Origin: Octopus bimaculoides
Lineage: Eukaryota
DNA length: 64,000 nt
Direction: 5' to 3'
NCBI RefSeq assembly: GCF_001194135.2
Contig: NC_068984.1
Location: 44,217,517-44,281,516 of the forward strand
Below the pieces are notes generated by a model, which ran no database searches, was not told the DNA's origin, and was given only the letters and a program-made list of their open reading frames with translations. Shown one piece after another: positions 1-12,778 of this stretch. How positions within the stretch are numbered: position 1 is the first letter of the stretch; every line of letters starts with the position of its first letter. Both the position numbers and the translations under genes were made by a program.

Positions 1-426
1 GGTTGAGAAGGGTATTGGATTTAACCAAACCCAGGAGGATACAGGTAATACCGAGTAAGTGCTGTATACCGACTAGTTTGCCCCAGTCGTTGTATGAACA
101 GGATTGGGTATTATAAGTCGTGTATTAGCGTGTATATATGTAAATATATAAAAACAAAAAGATAAAGAGAGCAAAGGTAAGTCTCTTTAGTTCAAGTCAA
201 GAGAAATTTTGGGATTTATGAATATCTGAATCACTTGGTGTATATCTATGTGTATGTATGTGTGTATGAGAGAGAGAGAGAAAGAGGGTGTATGTGTGCG
301 TATGTGACTCTGTGAGTGCATGCGTGTGTTTGAGGATAAACTTGCCCTCATATAGTGGGTGGGTTCTCTCTGTTTTCCTCTCTCGCTTTCTGTCTCTCTT
401 CCTTCCTATCTCTTTCCCTTTTACTT

Positions 427-428
<2 letters not shown>

Positions 429-483
<55 letters not shown>

Positions 484-537
484 CTCTCTCTCTCTCTCTC
501 TCTCGCTCTCTCTCTCGCTCTCTCTCTCGCACTCTCA
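429..537. repeat. (TC)n microsatellite
   Basis: Near-pure TC run with TCGC interruptions, seen directly; explains the ERERE/SLSLS ORFs. Confidence 0.95.
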
Positions 538-1075
538 CCCACTCTCTTTCCTTCCGCAACGAATGGATGTTGTTTTCGTCTACTACGAAGTGCTAGAGGC
601 CATAAGACAATCTACTGTATTTCTCCATGCATTGCTTCCATTTTTTTTATAGTGCAAGTCGAAAGACAATCTGTTAATATATCCCTGTTCACTTCGTTCG
701 TACAGTTTGTGTCCTAAATTGATAATTTTGCACTTATCCTTCTTGCCTTTGATTGCTTTTGGCACGCATTCATCTGAGCACTCGCCACAGCTGAAATAAA
801 CTATATTAACTTAGGTGACGATATTGTTATAATATTCAGTTGACAGCTGATGAAGAGATCTCCACTGTGTGCTCGCTCTACTGTGCTTTCGTTTTTCTAA
901 GACACCTTATCTGCTTGTCCGTCTGTCTTTTTGTAACTCACACACATATTGCTTTATTTATACGTACATATGTACATACATAAGCGCATGTATTATGTGT
1001 GTGTGTGTGTGTGTATGTGTATCTATATATACTAATGATTTATGCATATTTACATCAACATATATATGTACATGA

Positions 1076-1119
<44 letters not shown>

Positions 1120-1508
1120 NNNNNNNNNNNNNNNNNNNNNNNNNNNNNNNNNNNNNNNNNNNNNNNNNNNNNNNNNNNNNNNNNNNNNNNNNNNNNNNNN
1201 NNNNNNNNNNNNNNNNNNNNNNNNNNNNNNNNNNNNNNNNNNNNNNNNNNNNNNNNNNNNNNNNNNNNNNNNNNNNNNNNNNNNNNNNNNNNNNNNNNNN
1301 NNNNNNNNNNNNNNNNNNNNNNNNNNNNNNNNNNNNNNNNNNNNNNNNNNNNNNNNNNNNNNNNNNNNNNNNNNNNNNNNNNNNNNNNNNNNNNNNNNNN
1401 NNNNNNNNNNNNNNNNNNNNNNNNNNNNNNNNNNNNNNNNNNNNNNNNNNNNNNNNNNNNNNNNNNNNNNNNNNNNNNNNNNNNNNNNNNNNNNNNNNNN
1501 NNNNNNNN

Positions 1509-1544
<36 letters not shown>

Positions 1545-1649
1545 CCAAATGCATATATATGTACTCGTATATATGTGTTTATGTACGTGCGTGTGTAAGC
1601 GTCTGGGGTTTGAAAAATAGTGATCTCGAAAATATGTACAAGACTAGGA

Positions 1650-1746
1650 TAAGTATTGCTATGAATATGTTCGGCTAAAATCTTGAAGGGAAGCGCCCCA
1701 ACATGACCAAAGTTCAAAGACTGAAACGAGGAAAAGAGTAAAAGAA
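1650..1746 (+). mobile_element. SINE family A, 3' tail fragment (degenerate)
   Basis: GAAGGGAAGCGCCCCAACATGACCAAAGTTCAAAGACTGAAACGAGGAAAAGAGTAAAAG resembles the tail of the copies at 7560-7620 and 21570-21625. Confidence 0.55.
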
Positions 1747-2136
1747 CATGTGTCTACTTCAATGTGAGAAGTATGATAACAACAAGCAGACTTTTAAGAT
1801 GATGAACAGAAGAAAACCAATCGGTGGCGTCAACGTGTAAGACGGGTAAATATGCCTTGTCTACACAACTTTCCACTGCAATGGATCAGACAGTAGTAAA
1901 AATCATGCTGATAGCAATTATGGTGGTCATCTCCGGTAAGATATTCCTTCTACAGAGAACTGATTCCTGACCTCAACCACTAACGGAGTAGAAAACACAA
2001 GACAAGAGTTGTTCGGTGACTAATATTAGTTTAATCAACATGGGGAGCCTAACTTAAGTTTTATGTCAAATCTAAATATGCTTGAGCACGAGGAAAAGAA
2101 CAGTGAGAGAAATCTACATATAGATAATTGAATGTC

Positions 2137-2179
<43 letters not shown>

Positions 2180-2321
2180 GTCTGTCTGTCTGTCTGACTG
2201 CCTGTCTGGCTGTCTGCCTGTGTATGTATGCATACATGTATGTATGTACTTATGTATGTATGTATTTATGTATATATTTATGTATTATTCATGTATATAC
2301 ATATATATATATGCATGTATA

Positions 2322-2398
<77 letters not shown>

Positions 2399-4469
2399 NN
2401 NNNNNNNNNNNNNNNNNNNNNNNNNNNNNNNNNNNNNNNNNNNNNNNNNNNNNNNNNNNNNNNNNNNNNNNNNNNNNNNNNNNNNNNNNNNNNNNNNNNN
2501 NNNNNNNNNNNNNNNNNNNNNNNNNNNNNNNNNNNNNNNNNNNNNNNNNNNNNNNNNNNNNNNNNNNNNNNNNNNNNNNNNNNNNNNNNNNNNNNNNNNN
2601 NNNNNNNNNNNNNNNNNNNNNNNNNNNNNNNNNNNNNNNNNNNNNNNNNNNNNNNNNNNNNNNNNNNNNNNNNNNNNNNNNNNNNNNNNNNNNNNNNNNN
2701 NNNNNNNNNNNNNNNNNNNNNNNNNNNNNNNNNNNNNNNNNNNNNNNNNNNNNNNNNNNNNNNNNNNNNNNNNNNNNNNNNNNNNNNNNNNNNNNNNNNN
2801 NNNNNNNNNNNNNNNNNNNNNNNNNNNNNNNNNNNNNNNNNNNNNNNNNNNNNNNNNNNNNNNNNNNNNNNNNNNNNNNNNNNNNNNNNNNNNNNNNNNA
2901 GTAGTAGTAGCCGCAGCTGTTGTTCTTGTTGTGGCAGTGGTGGTGGTCATAGCGGTGGTAGTGATGGTGGTAAAGTTGATGGTTGTAGTGACGATGATTG
3001 TGGTGATGATGATTGTTGTGATGGTGGTGGTCGTGGTGGTGGTGGCGGCGGAGATGGTTGTGGTAGTTGTGGTGGTTGTGGGAGCAGTGGTGGTGGTGGT
3101 GGTGCTACAGCTGGTGCTGGTGGGTGCAGCTGTGGTAGTGATGATGAATGTGATAGTGGGCTAATGAGACAAAGTTGGTGAAATGGTATTTATATTGAAG
3201 CTAGGCTTGAGGTGATGAATGGTAGTGATAGTATTAAACGAAAGGTTGTCATTGCCGCTGCTGTTACTGCTGCTGCTGCTGCTTTTGTTGTTGTTGTTCT
3301 TCTTCTTCTTGTTTAGTCACGTCAACCTTGATTGAACAGACATACGACCAAAGGCATTTCAGTCAAGTTCAAACAAAGCTTTACTTTTCCAAGAGTCGAC
3401 TAGCCAATGTTACCTTTCTTTTAAAAGACAAGCGTGTGTAATTTAATAGTGATTTGGCTGTTACTTCAAGCCAGTTGAGTGGCTGCGAGAGGCTCCCACG
3501 TTGGCTGCGAGAGGTGATGGCATTGATCATGCAGTGCTCTTTGTTAATGTTATGTTTCTCAATGGCGGTTGAGTTCCTAAAATCTTGATGTTGTGTTGAT
3601 GACGGTGGTAGTAGCATTAGTTTTTCTTAAGACAATCTAATTCATTGCTTTTCCTCTCGGTTCAAATGTCTTGATATTGTAGCTGGCAGCATTTGAAGTC
3701 ACTTTGTTTAATTTATGCTATGCGGATAACGCCTTTGAGGAAGGTATGTGTATCATAACCTCTTCTTACTCCATCTCACCTAACCTAAATATCTTGTCAA
3801 AACCAACTAATATTTTTCGTAGAGTCTCATGAGGTTTCACATATGACGATTAACAAAAGCATGAGTATTTACCAGAATATGTTGGACGGAATCCACATTT
3901 GCTAAATAGACAAGTAGCTTTCTGATAATTCTCGGTTTAAGGATAAGTCTATAATAAGTATCATATTTAGATTTACTATTAACGTATGTCATGTTACGAA
4001 TATACCTGATACACCTTAATGCCCTTTAAACAATGTATGTAAGGTTGCCAGGTATAAAGTCTTTAAACTGAATATTTAGAAAAGAGAGAAAAATCTGAAA
4101 ACATAGTGTGGAATTTTAACTTGCTTAGTGAACTACTGTAAGGAATCTGCAAATTTAGAGTTCGTGATACGCCTTCGATTCTTGCTTTAAAACATTTTGT
4201 TTCATTAATTTCTCTAACTTCACTCATGATTCATGAATATCACCGTTCTATTTGTTGACTTCCGTTGAGTTAATAAGAATAAAGTACAGCTCACCTTCAC
4301 TCACAAGGGAATGTGGTTTGGTAACGCGCCATGCTTTCACTAACTTTTGTAAGTTCCTACTTAGTAGAGAGTAGACAGATACCCTTACAGCTCCTTCACC
4401 CTTGAACTAATGGAATATCGAGGATGTTACAACAGGAGGAGGGGAAGGCTGCATCATCACCTGACTCGT

Positions 4470-4612
4470 ATTCATTTCAGCTAAGAAGACTGGAACAGCG
4501 TGAAACGAAATACCAAGCAAAAGCACACATTGCGTTGCCCAACCAAGAAATTGAACTCACGATTTTATGATTACGAATCTAACACCCTAACCACAAGACC
4601 ACGAGCCTTCAA
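4470..4612 (-). mobile_element. tRNA-derived SINE family C, 5' part
   Basis: Minus strand reads GAAGGCTCGTGGTCTTGTGGTTAGGGTG...GTGAGTTCAATTTC, with Pol III A-box-like and B-box-like motifs followed by a SINE body. Confidence 0.6.
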
Positions 4613-5929
4613 TAACTAGGAGTAATTGAATAAACTGGAAATTATGATAATTATAAAATGCCTGTTGTAAAGGGAGACAATTCATTTTCTAAATTTGTTA
4701 TTAAACTGTAACTAGTGAATAAAAAATATGTATATATACAATTTTTCAGAGGTTTGTAGTATAGATTACGTGAATTCCTAGACCTTTCTTGAATCGAAGT
4801 ATTCAACAATGAGTTATCAGCTGCTTGACTTCAGACAGAGTTGAATATTGGGATACTTATTACGTTTATGTTTTAGAACTATAACTAGGAATCCAGCATA
4901 ATTCTCAGGTTCCATTCATCACAAAATGACCATATAATCTTTAACACCTGCAGTTCAATTGATATATTTCTATATATACTACATAAAGGAAATATAAATC
5001 AAATTCAAAATTACATGAACCAAGTGTGATTCGAACTTACATATTTCCAAGACGCTTTTTGCATTTTTTTATTTGAATTTGAATCGCATCATATTTGTTT
5101 GTTGATTCTTTTTATATTTTATTTGACGTCCACGTTTGCGTTGAATATAAACAAGTCCAAAAGTGAATAACTTTTGAGTAAGACTTTAATTTACGTCGTT
5201 CCTTCCTCTATCAATCGCAAATTCTCCGAAGAAAACTATCATCACTTTTTATTAATAATAGAATGACACAAAAAGTGTCTCTTAAAATTATCCGCTAATG
5301 TTGTTGAATGTTTTTATACCTTATGGAATATAATTATTATGATTATAATCCCATCTGAATTTACTGAAGAATGTTTATGTCCAATTTTCACTGTCAATCG
5401 TTCATTAAAACATATAAGAGATATTTTGTAGAACTTTGTAATAATATCTTAGTATATAATGACTACTTGAAGCGATAGCATCAAGGAGATATTTGCTCTG
5501 TTTATCATATTTCATTGGAATAGTTTTGTAATTTGTCGACTCTACTGACATTTTCAGACGTTAACTTCAGGACAAAGCTGGTTCCAACGTGTCTGAGCCT
5601 TGATTTTCTAAATGTTGCTGGTTTTACTTATCTTATAATATATTTATGCCGCAATTCATCTGATATATTTATTCCGTTATACTCCACAAGCTGATTGGGA
5701 TAAATAAAGGTCACCTGTTTGGAAGTCTGTGGGAAAGAAAATATTCTTTAAACTTAAACAAATCACAGACTCAACTCAAAAGATTTCCAAACTGGCAGAG
5801 TCCATCTCCCGACTCGAATTATGTATGGAAGTCGCACTTCCGAAGCTTGTCATAAGGTCAAACAAGGGATCGAACGTTAGTTAATCCAGCTGTACTAAGA
5901 CAGAATCACTACTAATCTTATGAAAACAA

Positions 5930-6300
5930 CATGACCTCCGGCAGTTTGAGAGAACCCATAACCGAAATCCTCAAAGTCGTTACAACTGGTAGTCCTCACA
6001 ATCTCACATGCATAAATAGCTACATTTACATCCCAACCATGTGGTTTCCTCTTTAGAGATAAATAATACTCCATTTGATCAATTAAAAAACTCAACTTAG
6101 CAGTACCATAAAATATCTCCCATATCTGAGATACTCCTAATTCACACACAAATATTCTAGAATGCATCGAAAAGATGGCTACTCGTTAATCAACACACTG
6201 CAACTAGCCCACAGAAGCCCGGTTCCTCTCTAGGTATTTCCACAATACTACAACAGTTTATGCCCTTCTGAATTAGCTAGTCGGACACCTCCTCCTCCTA
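5930..6300 (-). mobile_element. Highly decayed L1/Tx1-like LINE ORF2 3' end
   Basis: Minus-strand peptides SIVEIP..REEPGFCGLVAV, YYLSLKRK and WDVNVA resemble my recollection of the C-terminus of octopus Tx1-like ORF2. Many stops; weak. Confidence 0.3.
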
Positions 6301-6740
6301 GACTAACCTTTTTTACCAGTTTCTCTTCCTCGCATAACCCCTATTGTGACTCACTCTCTAAACCCTGCACTAATACTTCTTTCAACCTCTCTTTCTCAGA
6401 TGTCAGACCCTAGAATTCTTTCTCCATCAGGTTTTCCTCCCGTTCCCGATTTAATTATGCAAGAAGCAAAAAGCAAACATCAATCGGATTGATCTCACCA
6501 GTCTCAGGGACTCTGCAAAGGTCATGTGTGCTTCTCCTCCTGCAGAATAAGACATAGAAATAACGAATTAAAAAGTGCTACTGTTCGCTAAATGGATTAT
6601 GAGAAGTAATACAGGGATGAGATTAGCTAAAGTAGTCGCAGCAGCTGTAACAGTGTTTCGCCTCCGTTCATCATTTTTCTCCATCGCTTAGCTGATATCA
6701 AGAGCATCAACTACAACAAAAAGAGGTTTTCGACAGCAGC

Positions 6741-6741
<1 letters not shown>

Positions 6742-6809
<68 letters not shown>

Positions 6810-6818
6810 CAGCAGCAT

Positions 6819-6854
<36 letters not shown>
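6742..6854. repeat. (AGT)n microsatellite running into a gap
   Basis: Seen directly. Confidence 0.95.
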
Positions 6855-7404
6855 NNNNNNNNNNNNNNNNNNNNNNNNNNNNNNNNNNNNNNNNNNNNNN
6901 NNNNNNNNNNNNNNNNNNNNNNNNNNNNNNNNNNNNNNNNNNNNNNNNNNNNNNNNNNNNNNNNNNNNNNNNNNNNNNNNNNNNNNNNNNNNNNNNNNNN
7001 NNNNNNNNNNNNNNNNNNNNNNNNNNNNNNNNNNNNNNNNNNNNNNNNNNNNNNNNNNNNNNNNNNNNNNNNNNNNNNNNNNNNNNNNNNNNNNNNNNNN
7101 NNNNNNNNNNNNNNNNNNNNNNNNNNNNNNNNNNNNNNNNNNNNNNNNNNNNNNNNNNNNNNNNNNNNNNNNNNNNNNNNNNNNNNNNNNNNNNNNNNNN
7201 NNNNNNNNNNNNNNNNNNNNNNNNNNNNNNNNNNNNNNNNNNNNNNNNNNNNNNNNNNNNNNNNNNNNNNNNNNNNNNNNNNNNNNNNNNNNNNNNNNNN
7301 NNNNNNNNNNNNNNNNNNNNNNNNNNNNNNNNNNNNNNNNNNNNNNNNNNNNNNNNNNNNNNNNNNNGTCGTATATATGTATATATATATATGTATATGT
7401 GTAT

Positions 7405-7620
7405 GTGTTTGTGTGTCTGTGTTTGTCCCCGCAACATCACTTGACAACCGATGCTGGTGTGTTTACGTCCCCGTAACCTAGCGGTTCGGCTTAAGAGACC
7501 GATAGAATAAGTACTAGGCTTACAAAGAATAAGTCCTGGGGTCGATTAGCTCGACTAAAAGGCGGTGCTCCAGCATGGCTACAGTCAAATGACTGAAACA
7601 AGTAAAAGAGTAAAAAGAGA
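7405..7620 (+). mobile_element. SINE family A, 3' half
   Basis: TTGACAACCGATGCTGGTGTGTTTACGTCCCCGTAAC...GGCGGTGCTCCAGCATGG...GACTGAAACAAGTAAAAGAG; homologous segments recur at 15860, 21430, 23350 (-) and 61135 (-). Confidence 0.85.
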
Positions 7621-8865
7621 GTATATTGTAATTTTCTGATATATTTATGTAAATCCGCACTACTATTCTAATTACAGAAATTTTTGTTTACGTTCAGCTT
7701 CTAGTAATTCTAACTCATAAATACCTAGTTTGGGGTAGGAATTCTAAGTATTGTCGTTCGTTTTCCCCTTTGTTTCCCCCTCTGTACAGTCATCTTATTT
7801 TATTCATCTTCAGTTTTATACGTTAAAGTATAATATATTATTAGAATGGCTAATTATTTTTTTCTTAATTTATCATCATAGCAGCAGCAACAACAACAAC
7901 AACAGCAGCAGCAATAACAACAACAACAGCAGCAGCAGCGGCTGCTCCCATCGTAATTTCGTTAATATTACAATCTTAATTTCGGTCCTTGTGGCCAATA
8001 AAAGAAATTATTATTATTATTATGTTGTTTTTTTTTTCTTCCTTCTTCAAATTTTCTTCCATTTCTCGCCGAGTGTTTTCTGTACACCTAGGGCAGAGAA
8101 ACTCGTTGTATGCATTCCAAGTTCACACACGCAAATTCACAGGTAAAACATGTANNNNNNNNNNNNNNNNNNNNNNNNNNNNNNNNNNNNNNNNNNNNNN
8201 NNNNNNNNNNNNNNNNNNNNNNNNNNNNNNNNNNNNNNNNNNNNNNNNNNNNNNNNNNNNNNNNNNNNNNNNNNNNNNNNNNNNNNNNNNNNNNNNNNNN
8301 NNNNNNNNNNNNNNNNNNNNNNNNNNNNNNNNNNNNNNNNNNNNNNNNNNNNNNNNNNNNNNNNNNNNNNNNNNNNNNNNNNNNNNNNNNNNNNNNNNNN
8401 NNNNNNNNNNNNNNNNNNNNNNNNNNNNNNNNNNNNNNNNNNNNNNNNNNNNNNNNNNNNNNNNNNNNNNNNNNNNNNNNNNNNNNNNNNNNNNNNNNNN
8501 NNNNNNNNNNNNNNNNNNNNNNNNNNNNNNNNNNNNNNNNNNNNNNNNNNNNNNNNNNNNNNNNNNNNNNNNNNNNNNNNNNNNNNNNNNNNNNNNNNNN
8601 NNNNNNNNNNNNNNNNNNNNNNNNNNNNNNNNNNNNNNNNNNNNNNNNNNNNNNNNNNNNNNNNNNNNNNNNNNNNNNNNNNNNNNNNNNNNNNNNNNNN
8701 NNNNNNNNNNNNNNNNNNNNNNNNNNNNNNNNNNNNNNNNNNNNNNNNNNNNNNNNNNNNNNNNNNNNNNNNNNNNNNNNNNNNNNNNNNNNNNNNNNNN
8801 NNNNNNNNNNNNNNNNNNNNNNNNNNNNNNNNNNNNNNNNNNNNNNNNNNNNNNNNNNNNNNNNG

Positions 8866-8906
8866 TATCATTTTTATCACGTGCTTCAACTGCACTACCC
8901 AGCGCA
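8866..8906 (-). mobile_element. Extreme 3' tip of an R4/Dong-like LINE
   Basis: TTTTATCACGTGCTTCAACTGCACTACCCAGCGCA matches 29056-29091 of the R4/Dong-like 3' end. Confidence 0.5.
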
Positions 8907-8920
8907 TTATCATTATTATT

Positions 8921-9060
8921 AAGGCGGCGAGCTGGCAGAATTGTTAGTACGCTGGACGAAATGCTTAGCGATATTTCGCCCGTCGCTACGTTTTAAGTTA
9001 AAATTCCCCCGAGGTCGACTTTGCCTTTCATCCTTTCGGGGTTGATAAATTAAGTACCAG
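8921..9060 (+). mobile_element. SINE family B (tRNA-derived), 3'-truncated
   Basis: AAGGCGGCGAGCTGGCAGAA...GAGGTCGACTTTGCCTTTCATCCTTTCGGGG; many other copies in the window. Confidence 0.85.
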
Positions 9061-9061
9061 T

Positions 9062-9290
9062 GAAATTCTAACATTGCTCCAGTTCACTCAGCTGTAGAAA
9101 TGAGTTGCGATGTCACTGGTGCCACGCTATATTGGGCATTGCCTTTCCCTTGAACAAAATCGATTGCGTGGAGAGGGGAGACTGGTATGCATGAGTGACT
9201 GCTGGTTTTCCTCACAAAAAACCTTACCCGGACTTGTACCTCGGAGGGGAACATTCTAGGTGCAATCCCATGGTCATTCATGACCGAGCG
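9062..9290 (+). mobile_element. SINE family D, body and 3' part
   Basis: GCTCCAGTTCACTCAGCTGTAGAAATGAGTTGCGA...GGTGCAATCCCATGGTCATTCATGACCG resembles a common octopus SINE body from memory; single copy here. Confidence 0.5.
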
Positions 9291-9689
9291 GAGTCATTAT
9301 TCTTTTTACTAAAGTGTAATGGATATACTGAGTTATATTCCTAGCGTTTGCCGTCTTTGACTAGTGAAGATAACAACCAAGCAAACTGATTACATATTTT
9401 ACACATTTATAGTTGATCAATAATAGATATCCTGCGCTGAAATATTGAACTGTTTCCACAAACTGACCACAAAAGCTACTTATTTAGTTTCTGTAGCTTT
9501 TACATCAATACATTGAGCTAACATCAGGCCGGAGACATGGTCCGTGTTCAACGAAAGGTTGCCGGATGAAACTTGGTGATGCTAAACTGGACGATAAATT
9601 AAGTCTACACCCAAGAACCAAGACATTCTCATAAGCCTCTGTGCTGTTTCTGTTTAATCAATTTCATGCGCAAGGTTCGACTCTACTCG

Positions 9690-9780
9690 ATGTTATACTT
9701 GCCCAAGTTGGTGCACAGCCGAATCGAACTCAGAGCCACAGCTTTGTGAAACGATCTTCTTAACAATAAAGCCAAGCTTG
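9690..9780 (-). mobile_element. SINE head, degenerate (family A-like)
   Basis: Plus strand CTTGCCCAAG...GAATCGAACTC is the reverse complement of a B-box plus TTGGGCAAG core. Confidence 0.45.
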
Positions 9781-10676
9781 TTGCAGCTATTTGACGTACA
9801 TGACATCTTTACAGCTACTATTGTTCTTTTTTATTTTGTTTTTCATTGTTCTTTGAGTATATATATACACACCAAGTGTATTGTAAACGTGTGTAACAAT
9901 GTCTTCATCAATCCGTTGCTTAGTAATTGAAGTCAATTAACCACATCTTGCCTACATTGTCCACTATGCTGGTAACAAAAGTCTAAAGCACGAATTGTTG
10001 CCGACCATTTTAGTTTCAAACTGTTGTCAGAGGCGCCATTGTTGTAATTCACCTAATGTGGTTGACTTGAGATGACGTCAGTAGTGTATTGTTGAAGATG
10101 TTGTCAATGTCTTACTAAAAGCTCTTTTCGCGAATAGCCTCGCTGTCATCGACAGTTCAAAAGTGCCTTAAGGTTAGTTTGACCTTTCGAGAAGAAAAGT
10201 AAAAAGAGAAAGCAGATGTGTGTGTATGTGTGTGAGCGCGTGTGTAATTGTGTGAGAGGTGGAGAAAGAAAGGCAGAAAGACAGAAAGGTAGAAAGAAAG
10301 AAAGTAAAGTAGAACTTATAGCTAGAGAGAAAGAAAAGTAAATCATAAAGGCAGAAAGAAAGAAGTGAGTAAAGGAAGGAAGAAAGAAACCTGGTAGGGG
10401 AATGTGATGAAGTGAAGTAGTCAGAAGCTTGAGAGGGTAGGAGAGAAAGATGGAGAAAATGACAGTGAGAAGGAAGAGAAATACAAAAAGGAAGTAAGAA
10501 AAAATAAACGACGAAATAAACGAAGAAAGAAAATTGATAAAGTGATGGAAAGTGAAAGCAGACACATAAAATGTCAGATATAGAAACAGAGTAATAATTA
10601 GATGGAGTGAAATAGTAAGAGAAAAACACTTTCGAGAAAAGATAGATAGAAAAGTAACAAAAGGCAGGAAGGTAAA

Positions 10677-10677
10677 A

Positions 10678-10737
<60 letters not shown>

Positions 10738-10740
10738 AAA
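10677..10740. repeat. (GAAA)n microsatellite at the end of a purine-rich tract (10190-10760)
   Basis: Seen directly. Confidence 0.95.
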
Positions 10741-11270
10741 ATGGAAGCAAGAGAATGGGATGGGAATAGATGAATAACTTTTTTCTGCTCGTTTAAAATA
10801 GCTTACATGCATTATATGTATGGCTGCAATGGAAACTTGTTGGGCAAGTTAGTCTTCTGCATGAAAATAAGCGTATATAATAATAAGGCTAATCGGTCGG
10901 ATTTTGTTGTCAAGAACCACAAGGGAAGAAAGTGCCTCCCGATCGAAGTATGAAATCGAACAAGTTATAATGCATCTCTCAAAGAAATGGGGAAATTATC
11001 GAAATGTAAAGATCTGGGTTGAAAGTAAAAATGATCCCTATAATCATAGATGTCTTATGAGTTATCAAAAAAAAACAAAAAAATGAACATGCAAAATAAA
11101 GGCCCATGATACAGACACAGCATATAAAAAGCAACACTATTAGGCACTGCACACACAGTGCTGAGTACTGTGAATAAAATAGAAAATGCAAAGCCAAAGC
11201 AAAACATTACATATACATAAGGCTACAGAGCTACTGAAAATGCATCAAAGTAATATTATTGAAAAATAAT

Positions 11271-11485
11271 CTTTTCTCCTACACGTACAAGACCTGATAT
11301 TTTGCGTGAGAGGCCAGTCGATTATATCGGTTCCTGTGCTCGACCGCTACTTATTTCATCGGTCACGAAAGAAAGAAAGGCAAAGTCGACCTCAGCGGAA
11401 TTTGAACTCAGAAAGTAAAGACAGAGAAAATGTCGTTTAGCCATTTTGTCCAATGTTTTAACAATTCTGCCAGCTCACTGCTTTA
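11271..11485 (-). mobile_element. SINE family B, copy 1 of a tandem trio
   Basis: GGCAAAGTCGACCTCAGCGGAATTTGAACTCAGA...TTCTGCCAGCTCACTGC is the reverse complement of the family B head. Confidence 0.8.
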
Positions 11486-11528
11486 GTAGTAACAACAACA
11501 ACAACAATAGCAGCAGCAGCAACAATAA

Positions 11529-11743
11529 TCCTTTCTACCACAGGCACAATGCTTGAAATTTCGAGGTAGGGCTAGTTGATTACATTAACCACAGTGCTCA
11601 TCGGGTAGTTACTTCTTGAACCACGAAAGGGTGACAGGCATAGGCGATATCGGTGGAATTTGAACTCAGAATGTATAGACGAACGAAATGCCACTAATCA
11701 TTTTGTTCAGCGTGCAAACGACTCTACTAGCTCAGAGCCTTAA
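11529..11743 (-). mobile_element. SINE family B, copy 2 of a tandem trio
   Basis: GGTGGAATTTGAACTCAGAATGT...; full length, diverged. Confidence 0.75.
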
Positions 11744-11769
11744 TAATAACAACAATAATAATAACAATT

Positions 11770-11972
11770 GTTTCAAAATTTGGCACAAAGCCAGCAATTT
11801 CGGAGGAGGGGCTAAGTCAATTTCACCGACCCCAGTGCTTGACTGGTTCTTATTTTATCGATCCCGAAATGATGAAGGGCAAAGCCGGCCACGGCAGAAT
11901 TTGAACTCAGAGCATAAAAACTAACGAAATGCCGCTAAGAATTTTGCCCGACGTACTAACGATTCAGCTTAA
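11770..11972 (-). mobile_element. SINE family B, copy 3 of a tandem trio
   Basis: GACCCCAGTGCTTGACTGGTTCTTATTTTATCGATCCCGAAA...GAATTTGAACTCAGA. Confidence 0.8.
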
Positions 11973-12099
11973 CAACAATAGCAACAACAACAACAACAAC
12001 AACAATAATAATAATAATAATATGATGATGAGGATGATGAAGATGAGGATGATGAAGATGACGACGTCGATGATGACTTAAAGGTCTTCGGTAAGAGTG

Positions 12100-12750
12100 A
12101 GCGTGAAATACATGGGTTGCGATGCTTTATTTTTCTCATAGCATTGTTTGCTATGTTGTTGAGTGTATTTCCCTTGTTCCTTTTGGTGCTGCTACTTTTG
12201 TTACTGCTGTTTCATATGCTGTTGCTACTGCTTTTGTTGCTAATGCTGCTGTTTCGGTGACGGTGTAGTGAGCAGAAAGCTCTTAAATGGATTGCATCTC
12301 CACATATATGGCATCTCTCTGCTTTTTGTCCTTAACTGCTGTGAAAAACTATGAGCTATTTCGTAGTTTAATTGAGTCAGGGATAACCTTCATGTTCTCT
12401 GCGTTCGTCTAGATTAGTAGTTCAATTTCTGTACCCATCTAATTTCCCTTTTCCAGTCTGTCAACTTGTAGAATGCTCGCTTGATTTTCTGTGCAGTATA
12501 TTACGTCCGCTGCAAACAAGGAAATATCTACTTCTGATGGTACTACACATATATTTTTACAATCTTCTGATCGAGGGGTGTTGGAATCAGCTACAGTTCC
12601 TTACTTTTTAATGTTCTGGTCGAATTTTCCTTTGCTGCATCATCAATTGGCAATCTCACGTTAACAGTGCCAAAGCGTCTCCCTCGAGTGACATTGGTTT
12701 TTTATGCTCCAGAACGATTTTTGGCATTTTACAATCTTGCTTAAGTATCT
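12100..12750 (-). pseudogene. Decayed gag-like/ORF1 zinc-knuckle coding relic (L1/Tx1-like LINE ORF1)
   Basis: Minus strand 12313-12272 encodes CHICGDAIHLRAFC, an exact Cx2Cx4Hx4C knuckle. Flanking frames are broken by stops, and an Ala/Thr-rich tail follows. Confidence 0.55.
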
Positions 12751-12778
12751 TCGTTTCGAGTCCAATGCATATATATAC

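Noticed and set aside
822-885. CAGCTGATGAAGAG... hammerhead-like start
   Set aside because: CUGAUGA is present but there is no GAAA or cleavage triplet. At most an unrecognisably decayed PLE end.
2900-3165. Thr-rich (minus) / Val-rich or Gly-rich (plus) reading, mucin-like
   Set aside because: Degenerate GTG/GTA/ATG trinucleotide tract open in several frames and next to a gap; no splice or homology support.
3315-3743. Protein-like frames on both strands and a 61-nt exon candidate (3683-3743)
   Set aside because: In-frame stops, no recognisable homology, and such pseudo-exons are common by chance.
5790-5880. HLPTRIMYGS..KVKQG resembling RT fragments
   Set aside because: Too short and divergent to assign.
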